Below are positions 36,553-46,609 of a stretch of 64,000 nucleotides of DNA, in pieces. The stretch comes from Minisyncoccota bacterium. GTDB lineage: Bacteria > Patescibacteriota > Minisyncoccia > Phycocordibacterales > CAJBRS01. Within the stretch, counting starts at the first letter, position 1, and the number at the start of each line of letters is the position of its first letter. The stretch is taken from the NCBI GenBank assembly GCA_017881075.1, contig JADGRH010000006.1, positions 117,666 to 181,665 of the forward strand, in the 5' to 3' direction. Made by a program: the position numbers and the translations under genes. The notes under the pieces are model-generated. The model was not told the origin of the DNA and did not search any database. It saw nothing but the letters and a program-made list of their open reading frames with translations.

Positions 36553-37560
36553 ATGAAATTTACTTTTTTCTCAAAAGTAAAAAAATGGAAGTCTGTTTAC
36601 GCCATTATTGGTGTGATTAGTTTATTTATATTGATAGGCGTGGCATATGCGGCAACCCAGATCCGTTGTAACGGGAATCCAACCAATATGAGCGGTCACT
36701 TATGGGATTGTTATAGAGTGAACAACGGTCAAACAGTCCGAGTAGGAGATCCGAATAGTCCGATAGCTGAATGGAATCACTGCCAAGATGTAACTTACAA
36801 TCCCAATCCAGTACCTCCAAATGTGGCTGGTATTTTTATTCCAACAGACAAAGCGGACCAATGGCAGAGACTATGGGATCCCACTTCTCGTAGCAATCCC
36901 TTACCGAATGGCTTGTCTCTGGCGAATTGTCCCAACCAGCCTCCATCAACCAACTACACTCTCACTGTCACAACATCTGGAACAGGCTCGGGTACTGTCA
37001 CGAGCAACGTAGGAAATATCAATTGCGGATCAATTTGTTCTCAACAATTCCCGAGTGGAACGGCTGTAACCTTAACTGCTAGTCCGTCGGCAGGTTCTAC
37101 CTTCACTGGCTGGAGTCTGGTAGGATGTCCTAACACAGGAACATGCCCCGTCACTTTAAACAGCGACATTACAGTCAATGCCACCTTCACTCTCACAGGA
37201 GGAACATGTTCGACTTATGAAGCCGTTGGATCCTCGGGAGCGATAGATGGTGCTGGAGGAGGGTCCGGGCCGCCATGTAATGATGGCCCAGCAAATGGAA
37301 GCCTTACTTGTGCAAGATTTCTTGCAAAGGGAGAAGTAGATACATGGGTGGGACCTTCATCTGACGAAAAAACTCTTGCATATGGGGCCATTGATAGTGT
37401 CATTTGGGGACTAGTTAACCCACCCCCGGGTAGTGTGTACAAAAATGGTACTGATCGTAACGGATATGCATGGGACACCGAAGCCGACTATGAGACTTCA
37501 AACGAAAAGGGTTCCAGATACGGCTATTTCCTGCACATATCAAAAGATATTTGTCTTTAA
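36553..37560 (+). CDS. secreted protein with divergent InlB B-repeat-like domain
   Basis: Signal peptide. TLTVTTSGTGSGTVTS...GSICSQQFPSGTAVTLTASPSAGSTFTGWS. Confidence 0.55.
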   Translation: MKFTFFSKVKKWKSVYAIIGVISLFILIGVAYAATQIRCNGNPTNMSGHLWDCYRVNNGQTVRVGDPNSPIAEWNHCQDVTYNPNPVPPNVAGIFIPTDKADQWQRLWDPTSRSNPLPNGLSLANCPNQPPSTNYTLTVTTSGTGSGTVTSNVGNINCGSICSQQFPSGTAVTLTASPSAGSTFTGWSLVGCPNTGTCPVTLNSDITVNATFTLTGGTCSTYEAVGSSGAIDGAGGGSGPPCNDGPANGSLTCARFLAKGEVDTWVGPSSDEKTLAYGAIDSVIWGLVNPPPGSVYKNGTDRNGYAWDTEADYETSNEKGSRYGYFLHISKDICL

Positions 37561-37593
37561 GAGTGAGATTGAGGTCTATGTTATAATTTCCGT

Positions 37594-39342
37594 GTGTATA
37601 TAAACGAAAAGCAGTTAAAGGAGTTCATTCTCGACTCTGGCTTAGTCACCCGGAAGGATTTTGATTCTTCAGAAAAAGAAGCGGAGGGAAAAAAGACCAG
37701 CATCGGGGAAATCCTAGTAAATAAAGGCAAGCTGAACGAAGATGATCTTCGTCGTATTCAGGCCTATGTCTTGGGAATCCCCTTTGTGGATCTGAAAGAT
37801 CAAAAAATTGATTTTCAAGTGCTCTCACTCATTCCAGAACCGATCGCCAGAAATCATAACATCGTCCCATTCAAGCAGTCGGGCGGTAACTTAGAAGTAG
37901 CTATGCTCGACACGGACGATTTGAGTGCCATTGAATTTGTTAAAAAGAAAGTAGATTTACGTATTCTCCCGCGTCTTACCAACACCGATTCCATGAAAGC
38001 CGTTCTTCTGCAGTATCAGAAATCTCTGAAGGCTGACTTCGGAGATATCATTCAAAAAGAAGCTACCATTCTTAAAAATTTAGCCGAAGGAGGGGATGGG
38101 GCGAGCGAGAGTGATCTAAAAAAACTAGCCGAAGATTTACCGGTAATCAGAATTGTGGATACTCTTTTAAAGCATGCCATCTTGCAGGATGCTTCCGATA
38201 TTCATATTGAGCCGCAAGAAACAGAGGTGTTGGTGCGCTATCGTATTGATGGCCTTCTTCATGATGCCATGGTCTTGCCGAAAAACGCCGGAGCGAGTAT
38301 TACAGCCAGAATCAAGGTTCTTTCAAGCTTAAAATTGGACGAAAAACGTCTACCGCAGGACGGCCGATTCAAGATTGATATGAATAGTGAAAAGGTTTCT
38401 TTTCGTGTCTCCATCTTGCCTACATATTATGGCGAGAAGACGGTGATGCGACTTCTGCGAGAAAACGTTTCCGGGTTCACCCTGGAAGGTCTTGGTTTCC
38501 ATGGTCCGGCTTTGGAGCTTGTTCATGAAGGAACTAGGCTGGCAAATGGCTTGATTCTCACTACTGGTCCTACCGGCTCGGGCAAAACCACCACCCTTTA
38601 TACCATTCTGGATATTTTAAATACTCCGGATGTTAATATTTCCACCGTCGAGGATCCGGTAGAGTATCAGATGAAAAGAATAAATCAAAGTCAGGTGAAG
38701 CCGGACATAGGCTTCACCTTTTCTTCCGGGCTCCGTTCATTAGTGCGTCAGGATCCGGATATTATTATGGTCGGAGAGATCCGTGATAATGAGACGGCTT
38801 CACTGGCTATTAATGCCGCCTTGACGGGCCACTTAGTGCTTTCTACTTTGCATACGAACTCGGCCGCCGGCGCCATCCCACGTCTTCTTGATATGAAAGT
38901 TGAACCATTCCTATTGGTTTCCACATTAAATATCGTTATTGCCCAACGTCTGATTCGTCGCTTGACTGCGAGCAAGGAAAAATATTTCCTGACCAAGGCC
39001 GAAGTCGTCAGTCTTTCAAAAACCATTAACCTTGATCGTGTTCTGAAGTCTCTAAAAGAAGAGAAGATCGTCGAGCCTGGAGCGACATGGGAAAAGATTC
39101 CGTTTTATAAGCCAAAAGCCTCAGCCGAATCGGAAGATGGCTACAAGAGTCGGTTGGGCATTCATGAAGTTCTGCGGGTAAGCCCGACTATTAAGGATCT
39201 TATTATTCGTGGCGCCACTTCGGCCGCGGTTGAAGAGCAAGCCAAAAAGGAGGGAATGCTGACCATGATTGAAGATGGTATCTTTCAATGTGTTCAAGGG
39301 GTGACCACTATTGAAGAGGTACTTAGAGTGGTGTCGGAGTGA
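37594..39342 (+). CDS. pilB: type IV pilus assembly ATPase PilB/GspE family (GTG start)
   Basis: N-terminal GSPII_E_N domain. Walker A GPTGSGKTTTLY. Asp and His boxes. Confidence 0.9.
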   Translation: MYINEKQLKEFILDSGLVTRKDFDSSEKEAEGKKTSIGEILVNKGKLNEDDLRRIQAYVLGIPFVDLKDQKIDFQVLSLIPEPIARNHNIVPFKQSGGNLEVAMLDTDDLSAIEFVKKKVDLRILPRLTNTDSMKAVLLQYQKSLKADFGDIIQKEATILKNLAEGGDGASESDLKKLAEDLPVIRIVDTLLKHAILQDASDIHIEPQETEVLVRYRIDGLLHDAMVLPKNAGASITARIKVLSSLKLDEKRLPQDGRFKIDMNSEKVSFRVSILPTYYGEKTVMRLLRENVSGFTLEGLGFHGPALELVHEGTRLANGLILTTGPTGSGKTTTLYTILDILNTPDVNISTVEDPVEYQMKRINQSQVKPDIGFTFSSGLRSLVRQDPDIIMVGEIRDNETASLAINAALTGHLVLSTLHTNSAAGAIPRLLDMKVEPFLLVSTLNIVIAQRLIRRLTASKEKYFLTKAEVVSLSKTINLDRVLKSLKEEKIVEPGATWEKIPFYKPKASAESEDGYKSRLGIHEVLRVSPTIKDLIIRGATSAAVEEQAKKEGMLTMIEDGIFQCVQGVTTIEEVLRVVSE

Positions 39343-39354
39343 TAGAATGATCTT

Positions 39355-40569
39355 ATGAAATTCAAATACAGCGCCACAAACAGCCAAGGAGAAACTCATG
39401 AGGGGATCAAAGATGCGCCTGATAAATTTACTTTCTACCGCAATTTAAAAAAAGACGGCGAAACAATCGTTTGGGTGAAAGAAGTAAGAGGAGGAGGACT
39501 TTCCTCTATTAATTTCAGCTTTGGTCTTTTTGGTCGGATCAAGATGCACGACAAGATCGTCTTTGCCAGAAATCTCGGAGGAATGATTGAGGCCGGGCTG
39601 TCCTTATCGCGAGGGTTGTCTGTTCTTGAGAGACAAACCAAGAACAAGAAGTTAAAAGCGACCTATAAATCGCTGAATGATTCCATTGCCGCCGGCAAAA
39701 CTTTTCATGATGCTATGGCGGAATTCCCAAACGTTTTTAACACCCTTTTTATTTCCATGGTCAAGGCAGGGGAGGAAGGAGGTAATCTTGCCGGCTCCCT
39801 AAAGCAGATCGCTTCGCAGACGGAAAAAACTTACCTGCTTCAGAAAAAAATTAAGGGGGCAATGATCTACCCAGCCGTTATTGTTTCAGTGATGATTTTG
39901 ATTGGGGTTTTAATGATGATCTTTGTGGTGCCGAGCCTGACCGCCACTTTTAAGGAATTGAATGCCCCACTCCCAGGTAGCACTCTTTTCATTATTGCCA
40001 TCAGTGATTTTCTGGCAAAAAATTATATTTTATCGGCTCTGATACTCATTATCTTGGTCGTCGGTATCTACTTAGTAGCCAAGACTAAAAAAGGCAAGAG
40101 ATTCCTTGATTATGTCATCTTACATATTCCGATTGTTGCGCCACTGGTTAAAGAAACTAATGCCGCTCGCACCACCAGAACTTTATCAGCCCTTCTTCGC
40201 TCCGGTGTTGATTTAATTCTGGCCGCTCAAATTACCGGCGAAGTTCTTCAAAATTCTTATTACAAGGAGGTTTTGAAGGAGGTGGAAGTGAAAGTGACCA
40301 AGGGCGATCCTATTTCCGGGTTGTTTTTAGAAAAAGAAAAACTTTATCCGGTTTTCGTTGGCGAGATGATTAGTGTCGGCGAAGAGACCGGCCAGCTTTC
40401 CGAAATGCTTGTCGGGGTAGCTGATTTTTATGAAGAAGAGGTGGAACAAAAAACCAAGGATATGTCTACAATTATTGAACCATTTTTAATGGTCTTTATT
40501 GGTTTAGTAGTCGGTTTCTTTGCTGTTTCTATGATCACCCCTCTTTATACCGTAATGAATAATATATAA
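39355..40569 (+). CDS. pilC: type IV pilus inner-membrane platform protein PilC/GspF
   Basis: Two GspF repeats and three TM segments. Confidence 0.85.
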   Translation: MKFKYSATNSQGETHEGIKDAPDKFTFYRNLKKDGETIVWVKEVRGGGLSSINFSFGLFGRIKMHDKIVFARNLGGMIEAGLSLSRGLSVLERQTKNKKLKATYKSLNDSIAAGKTFHDAMAEFPNVFNTLFISMVKAGEEGGNLAGSLKQIASQTEKTYLLQKKIKGAMIYPAVIVSVMILIGVLMMIFVVPSLTATFKELNAPLPGSTLFIIAISDFLAKNYILSALILIILVVGIYLVAKTKKGKRFLDYVILHIPIVAPLVKETNAARTTRTLSALLRSGVDLILAAQITGEVLQNSYYKEVLKEVEVKVTKGDPISGLFLEKEKLYPVFVGEMISVGEETGQLSEMLVGVADFYEEEVEQKTKDMSTIIEPFLMVFIGLVVGFFAVSMITPLYTVMNNI

Positions 40570-40580
40570 GAGCAGAGCTT

Positions 40581-42359
40581 ATGCTAAGAGCTATTCGTGG
40601 ATTCACTCTAATTGAGACTCTGGTCAGTATTGCCATCTTTGTTATTTTAGTGATGGTTGTATCCCAAACTAGTTTTACTATCGTTCGACAAGCGAGAGCC
40701 TATCGAGAAAACACTACGGTCTCGGGATTGGCAGATCAATATATAGAAATCGCCAGAAATTTACCTTATTCTCAAATAGGCACTTTGAGCGGTAATCCTC
40801 ATGGTAATCTTCCCGATCAACCAAATGCCACCAACGTTACATTTAATCTCAATACTTATCAAATTTACTATGTTGTAAATTACATAGATGATCCTGCAGA
40901 TGGAACAATCCTGGCTGGTACGGATCCCACCCCAAATGATTATAAACAGCTTAAATTGTATATAAAAAACACCGCTACCGGATTCACCAGCACTTTCTTA
41001 AGCAATATTTCACCCAAAGGTCTTGAAAATTTGAGTAGCGGCGGAGCCCTCAACATTAAAGTCTTTGACGCTGTTGGACAGCCAATTCCTAACGCCACCA
41101 TCAATATTACCAACACCTCCTTAACTCCAAATATTAATTTGACTCGGACAAGTGATGCTAACGGTAATTGGACTGAAGTGGGATTGCCGGATAGTGCCAA
41201 TAGTTATCACCTAGTGGTGACAAAAAACGGTTATTCGACCGACCGCACTTATGCCATAAGCGGCCAAAATCCCAACCCGACTAAACCGGATGGTACCATT
41301 TCAAATGGGCAGGTTACTCAGATTAGTTTCTCCATTGATCAATTAAGTAATCTACTATTCAATACTCTAGATCAGACCTGCAGTGCCATATCGGCAGTTG
41401 GTCTTCAGGTGCGTGGTTCGAAATTGATCGGCACGCCGAGTGTAGTGAAATTTGATAATTCCTATACATCAAATGGTGCCGGTCAGGTGTCGCTGAATAA
41501 TATTGAGTGGGATAATTACACTCCGGCCCTTAGCACTATAAGCTACATGATCTATGGTTCTTCTCCCATTCAGCAGATTAGTTTACTTCCCAACACTACA
41601 CAACAGTTTACTTTAATCCTTGGTCCGCACACCAGCAACAGTTTATTAGTCATTGTTAAAGACGCCTCGACTGGTAATCCGATCGAAGGAGCTAGTGTTC
41701 TATTAAACAAGGGAAATTCTCCCATAAATACTAAACTAACAGGAGGTAGTATATGGGCTCAGCAAGACTGGTCGGGAGGATCGGGACAAACTACTTTCAG
41801 TGATATGACTAAGTATGATCAAGATGATGGCAATATCAACACCACAGATACACCAACAGCTCTTCGTTTAAGGCACTCCGGATTATCTTACGCTTCCTCG
41901 GGGTTTTTGGTTTCTTCAACATTTGATACCGGGACGGCTTCAAGTTCTTACACTACTCTAAATTGGCAGCCTACTTCTCAAGATCCAACCACTCTTCTTA
42001 AATTCCAAATTGCCACTAGCAATAGCACCTCAACTTGGAATTTCCTAGGACCTGACGGTACGGTTAATACTTATTATAGTGTTCCGGGGACTACGATTAA
42101 CAGCTCTAATAATGGTAATCGTTTTGTCCGATATAAAGTCTATCTCTCTACAACAAATAGCTCCAAGACTCCGGTGTTGACTAGTCTTAGTCTTAATTAT
42201 GTTCCTGGTTGTTTTACCCCTGGGCAAGTAATGTTTCCCGGCCTTCAAACTGGTTCAGATTATGGAGTAGGGGTAAGTATGTCAGGATTTCAAACGGAAA
42301 CTATCAATAACTTGAATATTAACGGTTATAATGTATTAAATGTATTACTCGGCCATTAA
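40581..42359 (+). CDS. large prepilin-type (class III signal) pilin-like protein
   Basis: N-terminus RGFTLIETLVSIAIFVIL with the G/FTLIE cleavage motif. 592 aa. Confidence 0.75.
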   Translation: MLRAIRGFTLIETLVSIAIFVILVMVVSQTSFTIVRQARAYRENTTVSGLADQYIEIARNLPYSQIGTLSGNPHGNLPDQPNATNVTFNLNTYQIYYVVNYIDDPADGTILAGTDPTPNDYKQLKLYIKNTATGFTSTFLSNISPKGLENLSSGGALNIKVFDAVGQPIPNATINITNTSLTPNINLTRTSDANGNWTEVGLPDSANSYHLVVTKNGYSTDRTYAISGQNPNPTKPDGTISNGQVTQISFSIDQLSNLLFNTLDQTCSAISAVGLQVRGSKLIGTPSVVKFDNSYTSNGAGQVSLNNIEWDNYTPALSTISYMIYGSSPIQQISLLPNTTQQFTLILGPHTSNSLLVIVKDASTGNPIEGASVLLNKGNSPINTKLTGGSIWAQQDWSGGSGQTTFSDMTKYDQDDGNINTTDTPTALRLRHSGLSYASSGFLVSSTFDTGTASSSYTTLNWQPTSQDPTTLLKFQIATSNSTSTWNFLGPDGTVNTYYSVPGTTINSSNNGNRFVRYKVYLSTTNSSKTPVLTSLSLNYVPGCFTPGQVMFPGLQTGSDYGVGVSMSGFQTETINNLNINGYNVLNVLLGH

Positions 42360-42972
42360 AAACTCTAAACATACAGCATTTACTCTAATAGAGACTCTGG
42401 TATCAATATCCATCTTTACTATTCTGATGTTGGGTATCGGAGTTCTATTTAAAGGGGTTTACTCTAATTCAAATCAACAAAAGATATCAATAGACAATAC
42501 TGACCAAGCCAGAATAATTATATTCAACTTTGCCAATGAGTTAAGAAATGTTACTCTCGGAAACGACGGATCTTATCCTTTAAACCAGGCCGGCGATTCG
42601 CAGGTTATTCTATTTACAAGTTATGGCGCAACGGGTTCAAACGTCAATAGAGTTAGATACTATAGTTCCAGTACTAAATTATATAAAGGTATCGTCACTC
42701 CATCGGGCAATCCATTAACTTACAACCTCGCTTCTGAAGTGAACACTCCAATCCTGAATGGTCTTAGCGGCACCTCATCCATATTTTTTTATTACGATGG
42801 TAATTATAGCGGTACTAGCACCCCGCTTAGCCAACCGGTCAACCTCACCCAAGTGAAGTTTATTAAAATGAATTTAATTGTTCTTAAACAAGATGTCACT
42901 AATGCCACAGGCACCTTTTCAATCGCCGCCGGAGCAACCCTCCGAAATCTAAAAACTAATTTGGGTAATTAA
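42340..42972 (+). CDS. type IV pilin-like protein
   Basis: N-terminus KHTAFTLIETLVSISIFTIL. Confidence 0.7.
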   Translation: MYYSAIKNSKHTAFTLIETLVSISIFTILMLGIGVLFKGVYSNSNQQKISIDNTDQARIIIFNFANELRNVTLGNDGSYPLNQAGDSQVILFTSYGATGSNVNRVRYYSSSTKLYKGIVTPSGNPLTYNLASEVNTPILNGLSGTSSIFFYYDGNYSGTSTPLSQPVNLTQVKFIKMNLIVLKQDVTNATGTFSIAAGATLRNLKTNLGN

Positions 42973-42977
42973 TAGAG

Positions 42978-44369
42978 ATGAAAAGACCCGCACTTAAAAA
43001 AAATGGTGATACCTTAGTCTTACTTTTGATCATCGTCTTTCTTTTTACCGTCATGATGTTGCCAATCATTAATATCTTGATCCTAAAATCAAGAGTACTA
43101 AACTCTACCGTTAATAAAGAGAAGGCCTATCAAGTGGCAGAAGCAGGTATAAATTATTATCAATGGCATTTGGCTCACTACCCGGCAGATTATCAGGATG
43201 GCACTAACCACGGCGGTCCATACGTTCATAATTATACTGATTTTGATACAGAGAAAACTGTTGGACAGTACAGTCTTACTATCACACCCCCGGACGTCGG
43301 ATCAACCATTGTAACTATTCAATCAAAAGGTTTGACTACGGATAATCCGAATGTGACCAGAACCATAACTGCTCGTTACGGCATTCCTTCGCTTGCCCAA
43401 TATTCTTTTTTAAGCAATGACGTCATCTGGATCGGCAGCGACGAAACAGTCAGTGGGGAATTGCAATCAAATAACGGAGTACGATTTGATGGTGTCGGCA
43501 ATGCTCCTATCCAATCAGCTAAATCGACCTATACTTGTCCAAGTACCCAAGGAAGTCCGTGCCCGACTACCGAGAATGGGGTATGGGGAAGTGCAACACA
43601 GGCAGTTAAAAATTTTTGGCAATTTCCTGTGCCGGCGGTAGACTTTTCAACCCTAACATCCAATCTGGCCTCTCTTAAAAGTCTGGCGCAAGCTTCCGGC
43701 GGGATCTATCTTCCTCCCTCGAATGCCCAAGGTTATTCATTGGTTTTCAATAACGACAGCACCATAAGCATATATAAAGTCACTAGTCGTCTTTCAAATC
43801 CGACCGGCTGGGATGTTAATTCTAATCCTCATAATGAATATACCGATTACAACACTAGAACCTTGCTCTATAGCAAGGCCATGCCGACAAACGGCATTGT
43901 CTATATAGAAGACAATACCTGGGTTGAAGGCACTGTGAGGGGAAGAGTAATGGTCGCCGCCGCTCAATTACCATATAATCCTTCTACTGCACCGACGATC
44001 TATCTTCCCAAGAATATTGTCTATTCGGCCAAAGACGGAACAAATGTTCTAGGCTTACTCTCGCAGAAAGATCTTATCGTTACTTATCACGCTCCCAATA
44101 TTTTAGAGATTGATGCTGCTTTAATCAGTCAAAATGGTAGTGTCCAATTTTTATATTATCCGAATGATATAAAAACCAGTATTACTGTCTTTGGCTCGAT
44201 CATGACATTTGGGCAATGGACCTGGACCTGGGTTGATGGTTCCAATAATGTTGTGTCAGGGTATGCGACAACAAATGATACTTATGACGGCAATTTACTT
44301 TACGGTCCTCCTCCCAGTTTCCCAATATCAACATCAGGCTATCAACCCTTGAGTTTTACCAGTAATTAA
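42978..44369 (+). CDS. PilX_N-like minor pilin / pilus-associated protein
   Basis: N-terminal TM helix, then KEKAYQVAEAGINYYQWHL, resembling PilX_N. Confidence 0.5.
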   Translation: MKRPALKKNGDTLVLLLIIVFLFTVMMLPIINILILKSRVLNSTVNKEKAYQVAEAGINYYQWHLAHYPADYQDGTNHGGPYVHNYTDFDTEKTVGQYSLTITPPDVGSTIVTIQSKGLTTDNPNVTRTITARYGIPSLAQYSFLSNDVIWIGSDETVSGELQSNNGVRFDGVGNAPIQSAKSTYTCPSTQGSPCPTTENGVWGSATQAVKNFWQFPVPAVDFSTLTSNLASLKSLAQASGGIYLPPSNAQGYSLVFNNDSTISIYKVTSRLSNPTGWDVNSNPHNEYTDYNTRTLLYSKAMPTNGIVYIEDNTWVEGTVRGRVMVAAAQLPYNPSTAPTIYLPKNIVYSAKDGTNVLGLLSQKDLIVTYHAPNILEIDAALISQNGSVQFLYYPNDIKTSITVFGSIMTFGQWTWTWVDGSNNVVSGYATTNDTYDGNLLYGPPPSFPISTSGYQPLSFTSN

Positions 44370-44376
44370 AATATTT

Positions 44377-44715
44377 ATGAAATTAATGAAAATTTTAATT
44401 CTTCTATTCTTCGGTTTCCAATTGATCTACGCCACGAGCGCAATGGCGGCGAAATTGGCCCCTTTTCCAAGTAGCGCATCATTACAGCCAATCCCTGTCT
44501 TTACCCATCCTAATGTTTCTGGCAATGTCAATCATACCGGTATTAAGAGTACTGATTATCAGAATACTAACGCACCAATAGTAAATAATTCAAACGCAAG
44601 TAATACAGAAACAGAAACTAAGAGCTCTTATGGTGTGTGGTTTTGGTTTTCCATCTGGCTCGCTATTCTCTCCTTATTTTTTGCTCTGGTTCTCACAATA
44701 AAAAGGAAAAAATAA
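44377..44715 (+). CDS. small secreted protein with C-terminal TM anchor + KRKK
   Basis: Signal peptide. C-terminus VWFWFSIWLAILSLFFALVLTIKRKK. Confidence 0.45.
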   Translation: MKLMKILILLFFGFQLIYATSAMAAKLAPFPSSASLQPIPVFTHPNVSGNVNHTGIKSTDYQNTNAPIVNNSNASNTETETKSSYGVWFWFSIWLAILSLFFALVLTIKRKK

Positions 44716-44806
44716 ACCCCAAAAATTTAGACTAAGTCGGACCTCTTCTCATCTACTCTCCCTTGAGTTCGAGTCCTTGATCCCCGGGGAGAAATGTAAA
44801 AATAAA

Positions 44807-44848
44807 AAACGCTACCCTGGAGTCATTCAAGTAGCGTTTGTGTTGAAG
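44807..44848 (-). terminator. terminator AAACGCTAC...GTAGCGTTT + U-rich tract (minus-strand sense)
   Basis: 9-bp stem. On the minus strand it is followed by TTTTATTTTTAC. Confidence 0.6.
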
Positions 44849-45493
44849 TTAAGGACCTCGATAGCCCAGGTATTCTGATACCAGGTTGCTGCCCATTTCA
44901 TCACCATCCAGCATTATTAACTCCTGAAGCGGCGTCCGCCCAGAGCGCTGGTCTTGATGAACACTCTCTCTGCCCTTCCTTCTGTTTCCAAACCCTACGC
45001 ATCCGCGCATTTTTGAGGCAGAGAGGGGGAGGCAACCCCAGAGAGTACGGTCTTTAGCTCTGATGCTATTGGAATCAAGAGCTCCTGTCGAATCGACACA
45101 TTTACCCTCGTCGTCGAAGCAAAACTCGTAGGTAAACAGAGGAGTGTCAGACTGTGAGGTGTGACCCCGAACAGTAAGCACAACCTTTTCGTCTTTTCGA
45201 TGGAAGAAGAAACTCAATCTCTCCGATTGCAAGAGCCTATCGGTATAGGGCCTGGGCTCCCAGCTTTCCGCCCTCGTATTGTCTTGAGGACGAAACAAAC
45301 CCGCTGTGTGAGCAGCATTGAGTTCTCTCGACATCGTAAGCTGCTCCATAACGCCGCTTACCTCATAAGCTTGGATGTTTCCCATAAGTCGGAGGGCTGC
45401 AAGGTAAGCGGGGGTTGCTTTGGTTTCTTTTCGGCAGGCTTTTCGCCAGGTTTTCAGTTGCCTGCTACATTTCATATTTTCTGTCGTTATCAT
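44849..45493 (-). CDS. hypothetical protein (214 aa) in GC-elevated (~50%) island
   Basis: ORF with atypical composition. No recognisable domain. Confidence 0.4.
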   Translation of the reverse strand: MITTENMKCSRQLKTWRKACRKETKATPAYLAALRLMGNIQAYEVSGVMEQLTMSRELNAAHTAGLFRPQDNTRAESWEPRPYTDRLLQSERLSFFFHRKDEKVVLTVRGHTSQSDTPLFTYEFCFDDEGKCVDSTGALDSNSIRAKDRTLWGCLPLSASKMRGCVGFGNRRKGRESVHQDQRSGRTPLQELIMLDGDEMGSNLVSEYLGYRGP

Positions 45494-45599
45494 CGTGATT
45501 CTTCCTTTCGGTTTGGCTCACTATGGCCGTTTTGGGGACAGCATGACGCTGTCTTGTCTAAATTCAAATTATAATAAAAATTAGGTTTTGTCTAGACTA

Positions 45600-45725
45600 A
45601 AATCCGACACCCAGGTTCCAACATCGTACCTGCCCGCACTTGCGGTAGCTAGGCAGGCGGGCCAGCCCCCCAGAGTAAAACCCGATATCCGATGTCGGAC
45701 ATCTTGTGAGGGAACAGGGTTATAT
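45600..45725. ncRNA. candidate structured GC-rich RNA element (nested stems TCCGACA/TGTCGGA, CCTGCC/GGCAGG, CCGC-ACTT-GCGG)
   Basis: Hand-folded. Strand and function unknown. Confidence 0.25.
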
Positions 45726-45735
45726 ATGAGTGTGT

Positions 45736-45741
45736 TATAAT
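45736..45741 (+). promoter_or_regulatory. extended -10 (TGtTATAAT) 6 nt upstream of tpiA ATG; leaderless
   Basis: Read from the sequence. Confidence 0.45.
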
Positions 45742-45747
45742 TTCCTC

Positions 45748-46500
45748 ATGTCACGACGAAAAAAGATTGTTGTTGCTAATTGGAAGATGAATCCGGAGTC
45801 TTTGACTGAGGCTTTGAAGATTTTTACCGGCATCAAAAAAGCGGCTCGAAGAACAAATCAAGTTCAGACCATCATTTGTCCTCCGAATTTGTATTTAACT
45901 GAATTAAAAAAATATTATCACCCACTTGGCGCCCAAGATGTGTCTGTAGAAATCAAAGGAGCACATACTGGGGAAATTAGTGCCGAAATGCTTAAGAAAA
46001 GTGGTGCTGACTATGTTATTGTTGGTCACTCCGAGCGTCGAACGATGGGGGAAACAAATGAAGTAGTAAACAAGAAGATCCAGGCGGCGCTTAGTGAAAA
46101 GCTCAAGATCATTCTTTGTGTCGGGGAATCGGAGAGGGATGAAAATGGAGAATATCTTAATTTTGTTAAAATTCAACTGAGGCATTCTCTTAAACACATT
46201 AATCATAGACAAATAAAAAATATTTTAATTGCTTATGAGCCGATCTTTGAGGTTGGCCGGAAAGGTTTTCAAGCTATGGAACCTCATGATATTCATCAAA
46301 TGATGATATTCATTCGTAAACACCTGATTGAACACTTTAATGATCGCGCCGCCGCTCGAGTGCCAATTCTTTACGGTGGCTCGGGGAGCTCTGCGAATGC
46401 TGCGAAGATTGTGAAAGAAGGGGCAGTGGATGGGTTACTAATCGGCCGGCAGAGTTTAGATCCGGAGAAATTTAGTAAAATTATTAAATCAGTCAGTTAA
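45748..46500 (+). CDS. tpiA: triosephosphate isomerase
   Basis: VVANWKMN, IAYEPIFE and YGGS. Start moved to MSRRKK. Confidence 0.9.
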   Translation: MSRRKKIVVANWKMNPESLTEALKIFTGIKKAARRTNQVQTIICPPNLYLTELKKYYHPLGAQDVSVEIKGAHTGEISAEMLKKSGADYVIVGHSERRTMGETNEVVNKKIQAALSEKLKIILCVGESERDENGEYLNFVKIQLRHSLKHINHRQIKNILIAYEPIFEVGRKGFQAMEPHDIHQMMIFIRKHLIEHFNDRAAARVPILYGGSGSSANAAKIVKEGAVDGLLIGRQSLDPEKFSKIIKSVS

Positions 46501-46609
46501 TTTAAAACTAACCGCTCGCTCACGAACTTTTTTGGAGACCGCTCCGGGGCGCTTGCCCAAGTCTTAGTCTCCAAAAAAGTTGTAAGCTTCGCGTTCAGTT
46601 TCCTAAAAA

